Part shown: positions 1 through 9,396 of the stretch, one piece after another
Position numbering within the stretch: the stretch's first letter is position 1
Layout: every line of letters begins with the position of its first letter
Notes under the pieces: model-generated
Seen by the model: only the letters and a program-made list of their open reading frames with translations
Told to the model about the DNA's origin: nothing
The model's database searches: none
Translations under genes and position numbers: made by a program
IMG/VR virus record: IMGVR_UViG_3300031371_000001
Span: 36,652 to 100,651 of that record
Source of the DNA: a virus
Direction: 5' to 3' (one strand)
DNA length: 64,000 nucleotides

Positions 1-1272
1 CCGGAGCTTTTGAATCGTGCTTCCCCGGGACGCGCCGCCGCTTGCGTTGATCACGATTTCAGCCGGGGGAAGGTCGACCGTTTCGTTGAAGACGGTTCCG
101 ACAAGCACGCAAAGATCGGAGTCGGGATCGCAAAAGCTGTCGTAAGCTTTTCGGCGTTCCCACAATTCGACGGGTCCTGTCAGGACGGCGTGCTTGACCT
201 TGCGCGCCTTCAAGAGTTCCCCGATCGCCTTCGCTTGTTCAATTCGACTTGTGACGACGATCACTTTCTTCCTCGCGGCGGAACAGACTTCAGCGGCGTC
301 AACGATCTTGCGATTGCGGAAGGGATGATTCAAGAGTTCCTTGAACGCCTCTTGATAGTTTGGAGCTTCGATCCTCCCTTTGAATGGAAGGAAGAAAACC
401 GTTGGCTCAACAAGGTAGCCGAGTTCGATCAATCGTCGCATTGAAATCGAGTAGACGATCGGACCCGCGATCGCCCGCAACCAAATATCCTCCTCGTTTA
501 CTTCGCGTTCGTCAAGGTAAATCGTGCCGCTGAATCCCACTTTGTACGGAACGTCAAGCCCCTCGACAAACGAACGCCAGCCCTTGCCCTTCTTTCCTTT
601 CGTGTAGTGGTGGAATTCATCTATCAACAGGAGGGAAACGTCCTTGAAAAGTGCCTCCGCTTCACGCTTATCGAACGACGACGATTGAACGGACGCGATA
701 GTGATCGGGCGTGCCGATCGCTTCCCGTCACCGAAGACTCCGACCTCCCCGCGGCCGAATACCTTTCGGAATACCTTGTATGTTTGCTGAAGCGCGCTTT
801 TCGATCCGACAAGGACGACGCAACGGCGCCCGTGCTTGTGAGCTATTCGAGCTTGAATGATCGTCTTCCCGCTTCGGATCGGGGACCGGACGATTCCGTG
901 AAGATTCCCGATCCCTCCCCTGAAGACGGATTCGACGGCGGCCGTTTGAAAGTCGCGCGCCTCGAATTCCGCCGGCCACTCCGGACACTCGATCGCCTTG
1001 TCCGGGAAGTCCCTCCCTTCGATAATCTTGAAATCGCCAAGCGCCTCCAAGCTTTCGATCGCTTCGTCCCACAATCCGAAAGGCAAGTGTGCGCCCTTGC
1101 TGTTGACACGAAGAAGGCGGACCCTTCCATCCCAACGCCCCTCCCGGAACGCCGGCGTGAACTGGAAGCCTTTGACCCTGTAGCTTGTGCGCCTGTCAAG
1201 TCGTCGGAGCGCCGCCCGTGAAATGGCCCCCCGAATTAGAAGCCTTTGAGAAGTGATCCCTAGCCTGTTCAC
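1..1272 (-). CDS. uvsW: UvsW-like SF2 DNA helicase, truncated by the window edge (missing from the ORF track)
   Basis: Manual translation from GTG at 1272: SYRVKGFQFTPAFREGRWDGRVRLL (T4 UvsW-like N-terminus), ARDFQ Q-motif, PIRSGKT motif I, LLLIDEFHH motif II, GFSGT motif III, VLVGTVFNETVDLP motif V. The frame stays open to base 1. Confidence 0.9.
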   Translation of the reverse strand, partial: MNRLGITSQRLLIRGAISRAALRRLDRRTSYRVKGFQFTPAFREGRWDGRVRLLRVNSKGAHLPFGLWDEAIESLEALGDFKIIEGRDFPDKAIECPEWPAEFEARDFQTAAVESVFRGGIGNLHGIVRSPIRSGKTIIQARIAHKHGRRCVVLVGSKSALQQTYKVFRKVFGRGEVGVFGDGKRSARPITIASVQSSSFDKREAEALFKDVSLLLIDEFHHYTKGKKGKGWRSFVEGLDVPYKVGFSGTIYLDEREVNEEDIWLRAIAGPIVYSISMRRLIELGYLVEPTVFFLPFKGRIEAPNYQEAFKELLNHPFRNRKIVDAAEVCSAARKKVIVVTSRIEQAKAIGELLKARKVKHAVLTGPVELWERRKAYDSFCDPDSDLCVLVGTVFNETVDLPPAEIVINASGGASRGSTIQKLR

Positions 1273-1283
1273 TCAATCGACCC

Positions 1284-1333
1284 AAAAAGAAAATTTCGCC
1301 CTTCCCTTTCGGCCGAAGCCTCCAGGGAAGGGC
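1284..1333 (-). terminator. Intrinsic terminator
   Basis: Minus strand GCCCTTCCCT...GGC-TTCG-GCC...AGGGAAGGGC hairpin followed by GAAATTTTCTTTTT, at the end of the lysis block. Confidence 0.7.
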
Positions 1334-1360
1334 TAGGTTTGGGAACAACGGAGGTGTTCG

Positions 1361-1404
1361 GCCTCCTACTTGATCACTATGGCAAACGAACGACGGAGAT
1401 TCAA
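1361..1404 (-). promoter_or_regulatory. Class II promoter-like element
   Basis: TTGAAT-17bp-CATAGT followed by GATCAAGTAGGAGGC; near-identical copy at 54655-54700 on the plus strand. Confidence 0.55.
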
Positions 1405-1775
1405 GGAATGTCCTTACAAGATGCCGTCTTCTTCGAATGGCACTCGATCCGATGTTTGAGTAACTTTCGATCGGTATCGCCGTCAACGGCTTCGAGGATT
1501 TCTTCTTTCATCACCTTCTGTTCGTCAGAAAGATCGGACACGTCGTCGGACACGTCTTCGATCGCATCGGTGTTCTTGTTCACCTGTTCGATCACTTCGT
1601 ATTTAGTATCCTTGATGTCCGCTCGAAGCGTGTTCGTCATTTGGAAATAGAAAGTGATCCCTCCACCGATGATCACAATGATCTGAATTGCAAGAGGGAT
1701 CGCGATCTTTGCGTGTCCATTGATGACGAATTTCCGGGGGGGTATGCTCGGTTTGACTTCGCTACTAGATGACAT
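1401..1775 (-). CDS. Single-TM plus coiled-coil membrane protein (lysis module; i-spanin- or holin-like)
   Basis: IAIPLAIQIIVIIGGGITFYF hydrophobic segment followed by an acidic coiled coil; position downstream of the endolysin. Confidence 0.5.
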   Translation of the reverse strand: MSSSSEVKPSIPPRKFVINGHAKIAIPLAIQIIVIIGGGITFYFQMTNTLRADIKDTKYEVIEQVNKNTDAIEDVSDDVSDLSDEQKVMKEEILEAVDGDTDRKLLKHRIECHSKKTASCKDIP

Positions 1776-1808
1776 TTACCGACTCCGAACGAAATAGGTT
1801 TTCTGCCG

Positions 1809-2033
1809 TTATATCGGAAGCCCCAAGGCTTCGCGTTGCGCCGTCTTGATCTTGTCGTTGAATTCGGTTCGGTATTCGTCAGGGATCAGTTTGCGGACCT
1901 CATGATCCGTCACGTCGTCGCCAGCCATCGCCTTGACAACGAAATCTCGAATCTTCGGAGCAATGTACTTGACGACTTCGAACACGAGACTTGCGATAGC
2001 CGCGGCTTGCGCGGGATCGATCTTCTTCGTCAT
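1809..2033 (-). CDS. Small hypothetical protein (lysis module)
   Basis: MTKKIDPAQ...; ATGA overlap with the upstream gene and GGAGG SD. Confidence 0.6.
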   Translation of the reverse strand: MTKKIDPAQAAAIASLVFEVVKYIAPKIRDFVVKAMAGDDVTDHEVRKLIPDEYRTEFNDKIKTAQREALGLPI

Positions 2034-2608
2034 GATCCACCTCCGGAAAGGTATTCGTAACAGACCGAATCTTTCAACGCCTCGAAGGTGAATGCGAATT
2101 CGATCTTCGGCCGCCCGATCAATCCCGACAGGAACCCCCAAACCTTATCGAGCATTTCCGGAAGCTCGATCCCCCATAGCTTCAGCATATTGATCACCCC
2201 GTCGATCGCGGCGATCACTGAAACGGAAAGGTCAAGCCATTTCGACTTACTGGATAGAACGTCACTCCAATCGGCGTCGGTTGAAGTTCCGAGTTCCTTC
2301 CGAGTCTCGTATGTATCGAGCGCCTTTTCCCAAAGGAGGATCGCGTCGAGTGCCTCCGTCAGAAGGACCCTCGTTTGAGCCAGCATGAAGGCCGCGATCT
2401 TGTTCCGGCAATACGCAACGGTATCCTCCGGGGGAGCATTCCCGTAAAGACCGTCGATCGTCTTGTCGGTTGTGTCGGCCGCGATTGCGGACGCTTCGAC
2501 GGCTAGTCTCGCATCCTTGATCCCGTTGTGCTGTTTGCGGACAGCACAAGCGACAGACGTTAGAGAAAAGGCGAGAAGGACAACAAGGAAAAGGCTTCGC
2601 CGCTTCAT
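2030..2608 (-). CDS. Lipoprotein (candidate spanin component)
   Basis: MKRRSLFLVVLLAFSLTSVA-C lipobox; ATGA overlap with the upstream gene; lysis context. Confidence 0.65.
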   Translation of the reverse strand: MKRRSLFLVVLLAFSLTSVACAVRKQHNGIKDARLAVEASAIAADTTDKTIDGLYGNAPPEDTVAYCRNKIAAFMLAQTRVLLTEALDAILLWEKALDTYETRKELGTSTDADWSDVLSSKSKWLDLSVSVIAAIDGVINMLKLWGIELPEMLDKVWGFLSGLIGRPKIEFAFTFEALKDSVCYEYLSGGGS

Positions 2609-3183
2609 GATCTCTTTTCCCTTTCGTTCTTCGACGTGACAACGGAAATGAATTCGTGGAATCCGCTCGATCCGAGTCCAGCAAGGACGCCAGCAAGGAT
2701 CGTCGCAAAGACGCTTTGCCCCGTGTAGAAAGCGGACACGGCGCCTCCGAATCCACCGAAGATCGCGGCGAGAACAGGGCGAAGCCATTTGATCCCATTC
2801 GCCTTCAGGAACCGATCGAGGGGTCCGAACTTCGATGCAAGAACGAGCAAGTAAGCGATCATCATGACGCCAACAAGCCAGCCGAATTGTTGCCAGTTGT
2901 CGATCGTCTTCATGACGGTGCCGCCGATTTCTTCGATCTCCGTCTCGCCTTCAGGAACGACGGGAACGACGGGCGCCTCCTTGATCTCGGCTTTCGCAAC
3001 GGGCGCCGCAACGATTGGAGCCGCAACGGGCGCCGGCGTCTCGACGGGCGCCGGGACGGCAACGGGATTGTCGGGAGTGACAGCCGCGGGCGCCGAAGCG
3101 TCCGGGGCTTGCGCCACGGTTGCCGGCGCAACCGAAAGGAAGCACGCGGCGAGAAGAACGAACAACAGACTTCGAGGCTTCAT
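2605..3183 (-). CDS. Holin-like membrane protein with N-terminal signal peptide
   Basis: Signal peptide, Pro/Ala/Val linker, then about 3 TM helices ending AGVLAGLGSSGFHE with a basic tail; directly after the endolysin. Confidence 0.6.
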   Translation of the reverse strand: MKPRSLLFVLLAACFLSVAPATVAQAPDASAPAAVTPDNPVAVPAPVETPAPVAAPIVAAPVAKAEIKEAPVVPVVPEGETEIEEIGGTVMKTIDNWQQFGWLVGVMMIAYLLVLASKFGPLDRFLKANGIKWLRPVLAAIFGGFGGAVSAFYTGQSVFATILAGVLAGLGSSGFHEFISVVTSKNEREKRS

Positions 3184-3219
3184 GAGTTCCCTCCTTGTTC
3201 TTAGGTTGACGATAGAAGC

Positions 3220-4125
3220 TTATTCGCCCGTCGTCAAGATTGCACGGGCGGCGTTGACATCGAATGGCGGTTGTGGATCTACCTTCTTCGGTGTGTAATC
3301 GTTATGTCTTCCGATCAACTCGACAGGGATCGAATAGGCTTCAACGACAGCCCGCAAGACTTCGATCCACGTCTGAACCTGAAGTTCAGAAGGTTTCTGA
3401 TAGACACGCTTCCCAACCGTGACGGTTGGGAGGTTCTTCCAGGACGGGTGAGCCTTCAGACGTTTCGCTCCGATCTGTCCGACGTTCATAATCTCGATCC
3501 CAAAGCCTACAGCATTCGGGGACCACACGATCCGATCCTTTCCGTGCGCGTCCGTGACGTGCGGCCATTGCACGTTTTTTCCGTCGAACCGAATGTCTCC
3601 GTCGAGAGTCTTGATCACCTGCCCCTTGTATTTCTTGCGCCACTCCCAAAGCTTGCCGGGACCGGCATTCCAGCTTCCGACAGTTTCGAAGTTCGGCGTG
3701 TATTGGCAGACGAAAACGCGGCCGTCCTTTTCCATCCCGATGCAAATTTCCCAACTTGCCTTTCGAGGCTTCCCCGCGTTTTGCAAGCAAAGCGAAACGG
3801 CGTCAGGGATGAATCCGATCGCTTCGAGATCCGATCGCAGTTCGTCAACGCAAGACGGAACGATCTTCGCCTTTGCAAGTAGCTTGTCGAGATCCTTGAT
3901 CGTGCGATGCGAAGCGATAACCGCCGTGTAATGATTCTGGACGACAAGAGGCTTGCCCCCGGTCCACTCCGGGCGATCGTAATACTTCCAGCTTGTCGGA
4001 GCATAGATCACGTCCGGGCCGATCAAGCGCCCGTCTTCGATCCGATACCTTCCGGGAGATTCCATCGAACCCGCGTTTGGAATCGGCTTCGGTCCTCCTG
4101 GAATCAAATCAAGCCTGTCGTCCAT
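3220..4125 (-). CDS. Endolysin, N-acetylmuramoyl-L-alanine amidase (Amidase_2-like)
   Basis: VVQNHYTA, FGIEIMN, IGRHNDYTPKKVDPQPPFD motifs. Confidence 0.8.
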   Translation of the reverse strand: MDDRLDLIPGGPKPIPNAGSMESPGRYRIEDGRLIGPDVIYAPTSWKYYDRPEWTGGKPLVVQNHYTAVIASHRTIKDLDKLLAKAKIVPSCVDELRSDLEAIGFIPDAVSLCLQNAGKPRKASWEICIGMEKDGRVFVCQYTPNFETVGSWNAGPGKLWEWRKKYKGQVIKTLDGDIRFDGKNVQWPHVTDAHGKDRIVWSPNAVGFGIEIMNVGQIGAKRLKAHPSWKNLPTVTVGKRVYQKPSELQVQTWIEVLRAVVEAYSIPVELIGRHNDYTPKKVDPQPPFDVNAARAILTTGE

Positions 4126-4188
4126 CTTTCAGCCTTCCTCGGCTCTCGGATCCGGCTCCGGTTCGTCGCCGTCAGAATTGCGAGTTTC

Positions 4189-4677
4189 TTACGATTTTTC
4201 GTCCGTTTCAGGAGGCGCCCCGCCGTCCGCATCCGCGCCGTCAGGACCGGAGCCTTCAGCGTCCACGGAGGCGCCCGCACTTGCCACCTGAAGCCCGTTT
4301 CCGCCTTCCCCCTTGTCCTTGTCCGTGTCGGGGACTGAAGCGCCTGAAGGGGACAATTTGCCCCCTGGCAAGGAAGCCAGCGCGTCCGCCCGGATCGCGG
4401 CCTCCTCCTTCTTCATTTGCTGAAGCATTTCGAGCGCCCCAAGCCCCTTCAGAAGTTGCTGTTTCACTTCCTCCCGCTTCGCGTCCAGTTGCTTCAAAGC
4501 CGCGTCGAGGGATTGGACTTGCTGTTGCGTTTGCTTGATCTTCTGATCCAGGTAGCTCGATTGTCCCTTCGACTTGCGCGGATCGGACAAGTCGGGACGC
4601 GGCTTGCGGGGTCCGACTTGTGACAATTCGGCAACGGGCGGCGGTTGACGGTGTTCCTTACGACGATCTTTCGACAT
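4189..4677 (-). CDS. Hypothetical coiled-coil protein with acidic disordered tail
   Basis: AGGAGG SD; central Q/K-rich coiled coil. Confidence 0.7.
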   Translation of the reverse strand: MSKDRRKEHRQPPPVAELSQVGPRKPRPDLSDPRKSKGQSSYLDQKIKQTQQQVQSLDAALKQLDAKREEVKQQLLKGLGALEMLQQMKKEEAAIRADALASLPGGKLSPSGASVPDTDKDKGEGGNGLQVASAGASVDAEGSGPDGADADGGAPPETDEKS

Positions 4678-4703
4678 GATTCCTCCTGCCCTTCTTCTAT
4701 GGA

Positions 4704-7700
4704 TTAGGGGGGAGTTATGTTATGCGCGAGATCGTTTCCGGTTCCTGCGTCAGCCGTTGAAGCCTGATTCGCGATCACCTCGTTATTGTCCGCACCGGCA
4801 ACAAGGTTGATCCCGATAGTCCCCGGCGTCTTCACGACGTTTCCGTAAATCGTGCAATTGTCCGCACCGCTTGTCGTATTGATCCCGTAGGAACCAGGGA
4901 GATAAATCACGTTGTTGCCAACCGAGTTCAAGGCACCGTCGAGAAGGATTCCTTCGACGGCTTGATCCTGAAGATAGTTGTTCGAGATAACGCAACGTTC
5001 GGAAGTCGGGTAGCCGCTGATCCCCGTCTCGCCTCCTTCGATCGAGTTCCCGATCACAACGATCCCGTCTTCGCCTCCAAGGTCGATCCCGATCGATGTC
5101 GAAGCGGCGTTCTCGTAAACGGAAATGATATTCCCTTCAACGATCGTGCCTGCGGCTCCCGACAGGGTTATTCCGTCAACCCCGTCGTCGTAGCAATAGA
5201 CGTGATTCCCGACAATGAGGTAATCCGTACCAGGGCCGGCCGTTATCCCTGACTCGATCGCGCTATCTACGCCAGCGCCTCCAACATAGTTCCCGACGAT
5301 CGCAACCCCGTCCTTCGTCGGACAAATGATCCCGGTTGCTCCAATGGTGAAGACTTGATTTGCTTCAACCCTTGCGCCGTCAGTCTGAAAAGCTCCGGAA
5401 ACTTGAACCCCAAAGGCGTTCGATCCTCGATAGCCCTGAACTTGATTCCCGACAACGGTTGTGAACGTGCCTCCAATCGTCGCCGTCGAAGCAACCTCGA
5501 TCGCCGTTCTCGAACTCGCATCCCCGGAATCCCCTCCGTTTGCAACAGCGTTATAACAGACGAACGATTGACTGTCGCAAAGGATAGCATTCACCATGAA
5601 TGCCGACGTTGCTCCAAGCTTGTTCAGACAACCGTTATAGATGATCTGGCAATTCTCGGTTCCGCCGAGATCGATCCCATGATCGTAAGGGGCGGGATCG
5701 CCAATGATGACATTGTGAGCAACAAGCACTTCTTCGGAATTGATGCACTTGATCCCCTCCAAGTGCTGTCCAATCCCCATATCGTTCTGAAGGTAGTTGT
5801 CGCGAATAAAGACCCTCGAAGAACCGTCCCCAACGTCAATAGTGATCACCGTTGTTGAAGGCGTCCCGCCTGTCGATCCTTTGCTAACCGCGTTTTGCTC
5901 GATATAGACGTAATCGAAAGAGCCTCCCGCACCGTCGAACAACGCGAGATCGCCATAGACGAAACAGCCTTTGATGATCAAGAACGCGAACGTTGCGCCT
6001 GTTGCTTCAACAAGCCCTGTCGTCCCTCCGTAGCAAAGGCCAGCGGACGGAATCAAGTAGACCCCATCCATTTCGAGAAATTGCCCTGTCGTCGTTACGG
6101 CGTTCGCATTCACGACATAGGCGTTGTCGATAGCCGGCGTCCCCGTGTTCGTATAATAGAAGATCGCTTGTCGGATCGAGAACCCGGAGAATCCATCCGA
6201 TAGGTAGAAGTAAGGGCCGTCACCGTCCCATTCAAGCCGATACTCGAAGCTCCCGATGATCTCCAGCCCTTCGATCGTTGCAGGGACGGTGATCCCGTTT
6301 CCGCTGTAAGTCGGAACATCCCCGATCACCCGAAGGCGATAACGCCGGCGACGTGTCGAGGCGGACGACGTTTGCGAAAGCATATCGAGATAATCGATCG
6401 CGGTTTGAAAGTCCGGGAAGTGTCCGCTATCTCCGACCGTGTATTCAAGCACGTCGTCGGCACCGTGCGCCGTCATGCGGCGCGCGTCCCTCCAAAGTGT
6501 GACGCTCGAACCGTCAGTCTCGACATAGGCGAGAACGGCACCTCCATCGTAAGCTGTATTTGCAACGGTCGTGAACACGAGTCCGCCATTGCTGGCAACG
6601 TAAACCCATCCTTGCGAAGAAGCCGGAAGGGTGACAAGTTGCGGGGAAGCCCATTCAACCCGCTTGCCATAGACGATCGCTTCGCCGGCGGCAAAGACGA
6701 TCCGGATCGGAGCCGTCAACGTTACCGTCACGTTCATTCCGGAAATGATCGTGTTTCCAAGCGCCGCAGCGAATTCGTCAAGGTGATCGTCTATCCCGCC
6801 AAGAATGCTTTGATGATAGGTGTTAAGTGAAGCGTAACCGACCTCCGACAGTGCGACGGGCGATCCCATCAAAGAATCCTGGAATTGCATTGATGTGAAG
6901 TTCGCGACGAAAAGCCCTTTGTCGGATCGGATCTCTCCTTCGACGTTCAGTTTCAGTTCATACGTCGCGTCGAGATTTTGCATGAAGATCGAGAAGTCAG
7001 CCGCCGCATAGTTCGCGTTCATAAAAAGGCTAGGACCGTTCAGGTATTGATCCAGACTTCCAAACGAATTCGTCAAAACGAAATTCGGTGAAATCACCGC
7101 CGAACCGTCCCCGATTTCGACATCATGAGTGAACAGCGCGCCAACGCCGCCGCCCGCTCCGAGGTTCTCGAAGCGAACCGTTCGAGTCGCCGCTTGCGCG
7201 TCGTTCCTTCCGAAGTAGAACGCCGGCACCGTTTCGTCTGCGAAGATTTCCCAATCGACATTAGATCCGCCGGCAGGATCGAATTTGATCGCCGGCGTCT
7301 TCGTCGTGCTATTGTCGAATTCAGCGTCCTTCGAAAACCAAGCTCGAAGATCCGTGATCGTCAAGACGTTCCCAAGCGAGTTATCCCAAACGCTGATTTG
7401 CGGTTCGTCAACGTCCAATGCGTCCGCCGTGACGCGGATCTTGACCTTCCCGTGCGCGTCCTTGTAGAGAACCTCCGCAACGTCGGCAACAACGTCGAAG
7501 ACGGTTTGTTGTGTAGTGTCGAACGTCGAAGGCGCAAATCCAGCGCCGGCGCCTTGAACGGCTCCGATATAGCAAAGCCCCGGAGTTCCCTTCAGCGTCC
7601 CCGGAGCGCCAACCGCCCGAACGCTTGGACCGTCAACAAGGACTTCGTAATCGGCGGCGACAAGTGAAGGCGTCGATTGTCCAAGCGTCCCCGTGATCGT

Positions 7701-8270
7701 GACAATGTTTTGCGTCCCACTCCAAGTGATATTCACAGTCTCGAATGCAGTTGCGGGAACATTCGTCGCCGCCTTGCCAGTCAACCAAACCGTCGCACTT
7801 CTTCCAGCGTGCGAAGTTCCAGGGCCTCCGAGCAACGTGTCAACGACGAATTGAAGTCCAGGTCCGGGAAAAGTTACGGAATCAGGGTTGCCAAGATCCC
7901 CGATCGCTTCTTCCGTGTTCTCATATTCAAATTCACCCGTGCGCGGGTTCGTTTCGATGTTTTGATCCGGGACTTCCTGATAAAAGAAGCCGACGTCATA
8001 CCATTGAAGATTCGTGTTCTCGAAAGACCAGTTGCCGGCAACTGCGGCAAGGTGTCTTCCCTGATCGTCCATTCCGTCAAGTGCCGAAAGGTCGAACATA
8101 TCGGGAGCGGATCCAGTGATCGCCACGGCTGAAAATACGCCTTCACCGAAGACAAGGGAAATCAGATCCGCGCTTTTGTCCTTCAAGTAATCGAAAAACT
8201 TGGTTTGAAGCGCAACGTCACCAATGATCTTTTTTCCGTATAGGTGAACGAAGCTATCGCCCGTTGCCAT
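4704..8270 (-). CDS. Tail fibre/tailspike with C-terminal parallel beta-helix
   Basis: 1188 aa after the baseplate genes; many (I/V)xGN/xNN beta-helix repeats in the C-terminal ~450 aa; YTVGDSGHFPDFQTAID cap motif. Confidence 0.85.
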   Translation of the reverse strand: MATGDSFVHLYGKKIIGDVALQTKFFDYLKDKSADLISLVFGEGVFSAVAITGSAPDMFDLSALDGMDDQGRHLAAVAGNWSFENTNLQWYDVGFFYQEVPDQNIETNPRTGEFEYENTEEAIGDLGNPDSVTFPGPGLQFVVDTLLGGPGTSHAGRSATVWLTGKAATNVPATAFETVNITWSGTQNIVTITGTLGQSTPSLVAADYEVLVDGPSVRAVGAPGTLKGTPGLCYIGAVQGAGAGFAPSTFDTTQQTVFDVVADVAEVLYKDAHGKVKIRVTADALDVDEPQISVWDNSLGNVLTITDLRAWFSKDAEFDNSTTKTPAIKFDPAGGSNVDWEIFADETVPAFYFGRNDAQAATRTVRFENLGAGGGVGALFTHDVEIGDGSAVISPNFVLTNSFGSLDQYLNGPSLFMNANYAAADFSIFMQNLDATYELKLNVEGEIRSDKGLFVANFTSMQFQDSLMGSPVALSEVGYASLNTYHQSILGGIDDHLDEFAAALGNTIISGMNVTVTLTAPIRIVFAAGEAIVYGKRVEWASPQLVTLPASSQGWVYVASNGGLVFTTVANTAYDGGAVLAYVETDGSSVTLWRDARRMTAHGADDVLEYTVGDSGHFPDFQTAIDYLDMLSQTSSASTRRRRYRLRVIGDVPTYSGNGITVPATIEGLEIIGSFEYRLEWDGDGPYFYLSDGFSGFSIRQAIFYYTNTGTPAIDNAYVVNANAVTTTGQFLEMDGVYLIPSAGLCYGGTTGLVEATGATFAFLIIKGCFVYGDLALFDGAGGSFDYVYIEQNAVSKGSTGGTPSTTVITIDVGDGSSRVFIRDNYLQNDMGIGQHLEGIKCINSEEVLVAHNVIIGDPAPYDHGIDLGGTENCQIIYNGCLNKLGATSAFMVNAILCDSQSFVCYNAVANGGDSGDASSRTAIEVASTATIGGTFTTVVGNQVQGYRGSNAFGVQVSGAFQTDGARVEANQVFTIGATGIICPTKDGVAIVGNYVGGAGVDSAIESGITAGPGTDYLIVGNHVYCYDDGVDGITLSGAAGTIVEGNIISVYENAASTSIGIDLGGEDGIVVIGNSIEGGETGISGYPTSERCVISNNYLQDQAVEGILLDGALNSVGNNVIYLPGSYGINTTSGADNCTIYGNVVKTPGTIGINLVAGADNNEVIANQASTADAGTGNDLAHNITPP

Positions 8271-8283
8271 TTAAAGCCTCCGG

Positions 8284-9396
8284 TTATGGTCCTATCAGGA
8301 CATATTCAAGCGGCGTTTCAAACACTTCGACATTATCGGTTTCAACGTCGTTTGCCGCATTCTGGTTTTCGATCTCGATTCCGCCGCTAGTCCAAAGCGG
8401 AGGGTTTATATAATCTTCAGCTTCAAGGTTCACGTCAATAAAGACGCGAATATGGATCCCTGTCGTCTTCCATTCCCGAACTTCAACCCGAAGCTTGTAT
8501 TGCTCCGCAAGGAACACCTTCGTCGTTGTCACAAGGACGGTTTCAACACCACCATTTCTTTCGATGATCCGAACGCCGTTCGGCCGCAGTTCGGCAATAT
8601 AGCAGTTGTCCAAGTCTTGAACATAGAACCGCATTCGGAAAACGTCCGTTGTCGGATCAGTGATCCGCCGCGCAGACGCAACGGCTACAAAGTAATTCCA
8701 TCCAGTGATCCACGAAACGTCAATCCGCTCCCGCCCCGTCGCCGGAATGACCATTCGATGATTCACCGCGTCGAGGTATCCTTCAGCGCCTCCGACCTCG
8801 TGTGACCAGTAACGAAGGTCTTCGTTGAACCAGTCAAGAAAGTCGAGATAGACAAGCTCGATCCTTTCGTTGAAAGGACGCTCGATTTCAACGACACGTT
8901 CGAGCAACGTGTGATCGAGATCCGGGGAATCCATGACTCGAAGGTTCGAGTAATATTCCCCGTAATCGCTGATCTCGCCTCCAAGGATCCAAGGGTCCGA
9001 TCCGGCTTGTTCTTCCCAAAGCCCGGTTTCCCCAAGGATCCAGCGGAACCAAAACCAGTTGGCATAGATCACGTTTTTGCCCGTCAGCAAACGAGCGAGA
9101 TTGACAAGCCCTAGCTCCGTTCCTTTCTGTTTCCAGATAGGGATCGCAAGCGTGATCAGTTTGCGAAGTTCGCGCGCCGTCAACGAAGACGTGATCCCCG
9201 TGTCGTCCGTCCAGCCGACAAGATCCTTCGCGTATTGCAAAAGGTCGTCAGGGATCAAACGCGGATCGACGTAGGTTGGAACCTCCACGATCTTGCTATT
9301 GAGTTCCCCACGCCAGTATTCCATGCGTTCGAGGTATCGAAGAAGAAGATCGTTCCGGAGCGGTTCGATCACCATTTTGTAAAGCGTCGGCTTCAT
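8284..9396 (-). CDS. Baseplate wedge protein (P2 gpI-like)
   Basis: DPRLIPDDLLQYAKDLVGW...LRKLITLAIPIWKQKGTELG motif; follows gpJ. Confidence 0.85.
   Translation of the reverse strand: MKPTLYKMVIEPLRNDLLLRYLERMEYWRGELNSKIVEVPTYVDPRLIPDDLLQYAKDLVGWTDDTGITSSLTARELRKLITLAIPIWKQKGTELGLVNLARLLTGKNVIYANWFWFRWILGETGLWEEQAGSDPWILGGEISDYGEYYSNLRVMDSPDLDHTLLERVVEIERPFNERIELVYLDFLDWFNEDLRYWSHEVGGAEGYLDAVNHRMVIPATGRERIDVSWITGWNYFVAVASARRITDPTTDVFRMRFYVQDLDNCYIAELRPNGVRIIERNGGVETVLVTTTKVFLAEQYKLRVEVREWKTTGIHIRVFIDVNLEAEDYINPPLWTSGGIEIENQNAANDVETDNVEVFETPLEYVLIGP

Noticed and set aside
10-1221. Plus-strand ORFs 10-444 and 607-1221
   Set aside because: They are antisense to the UvsW-like helicase, which has all the expected motifs.
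4704-8270. DGR target or invertible tail-fibre cassette
   Set aside because: No reverse transcriptase, TR/VR pair or invertase seen in the window.
8258-8270. CCCGTTGCCAT match to the promoter-cassette motif
   Set aside because: It is simply the MATG start of the tail fibre, without -10/-35 context.
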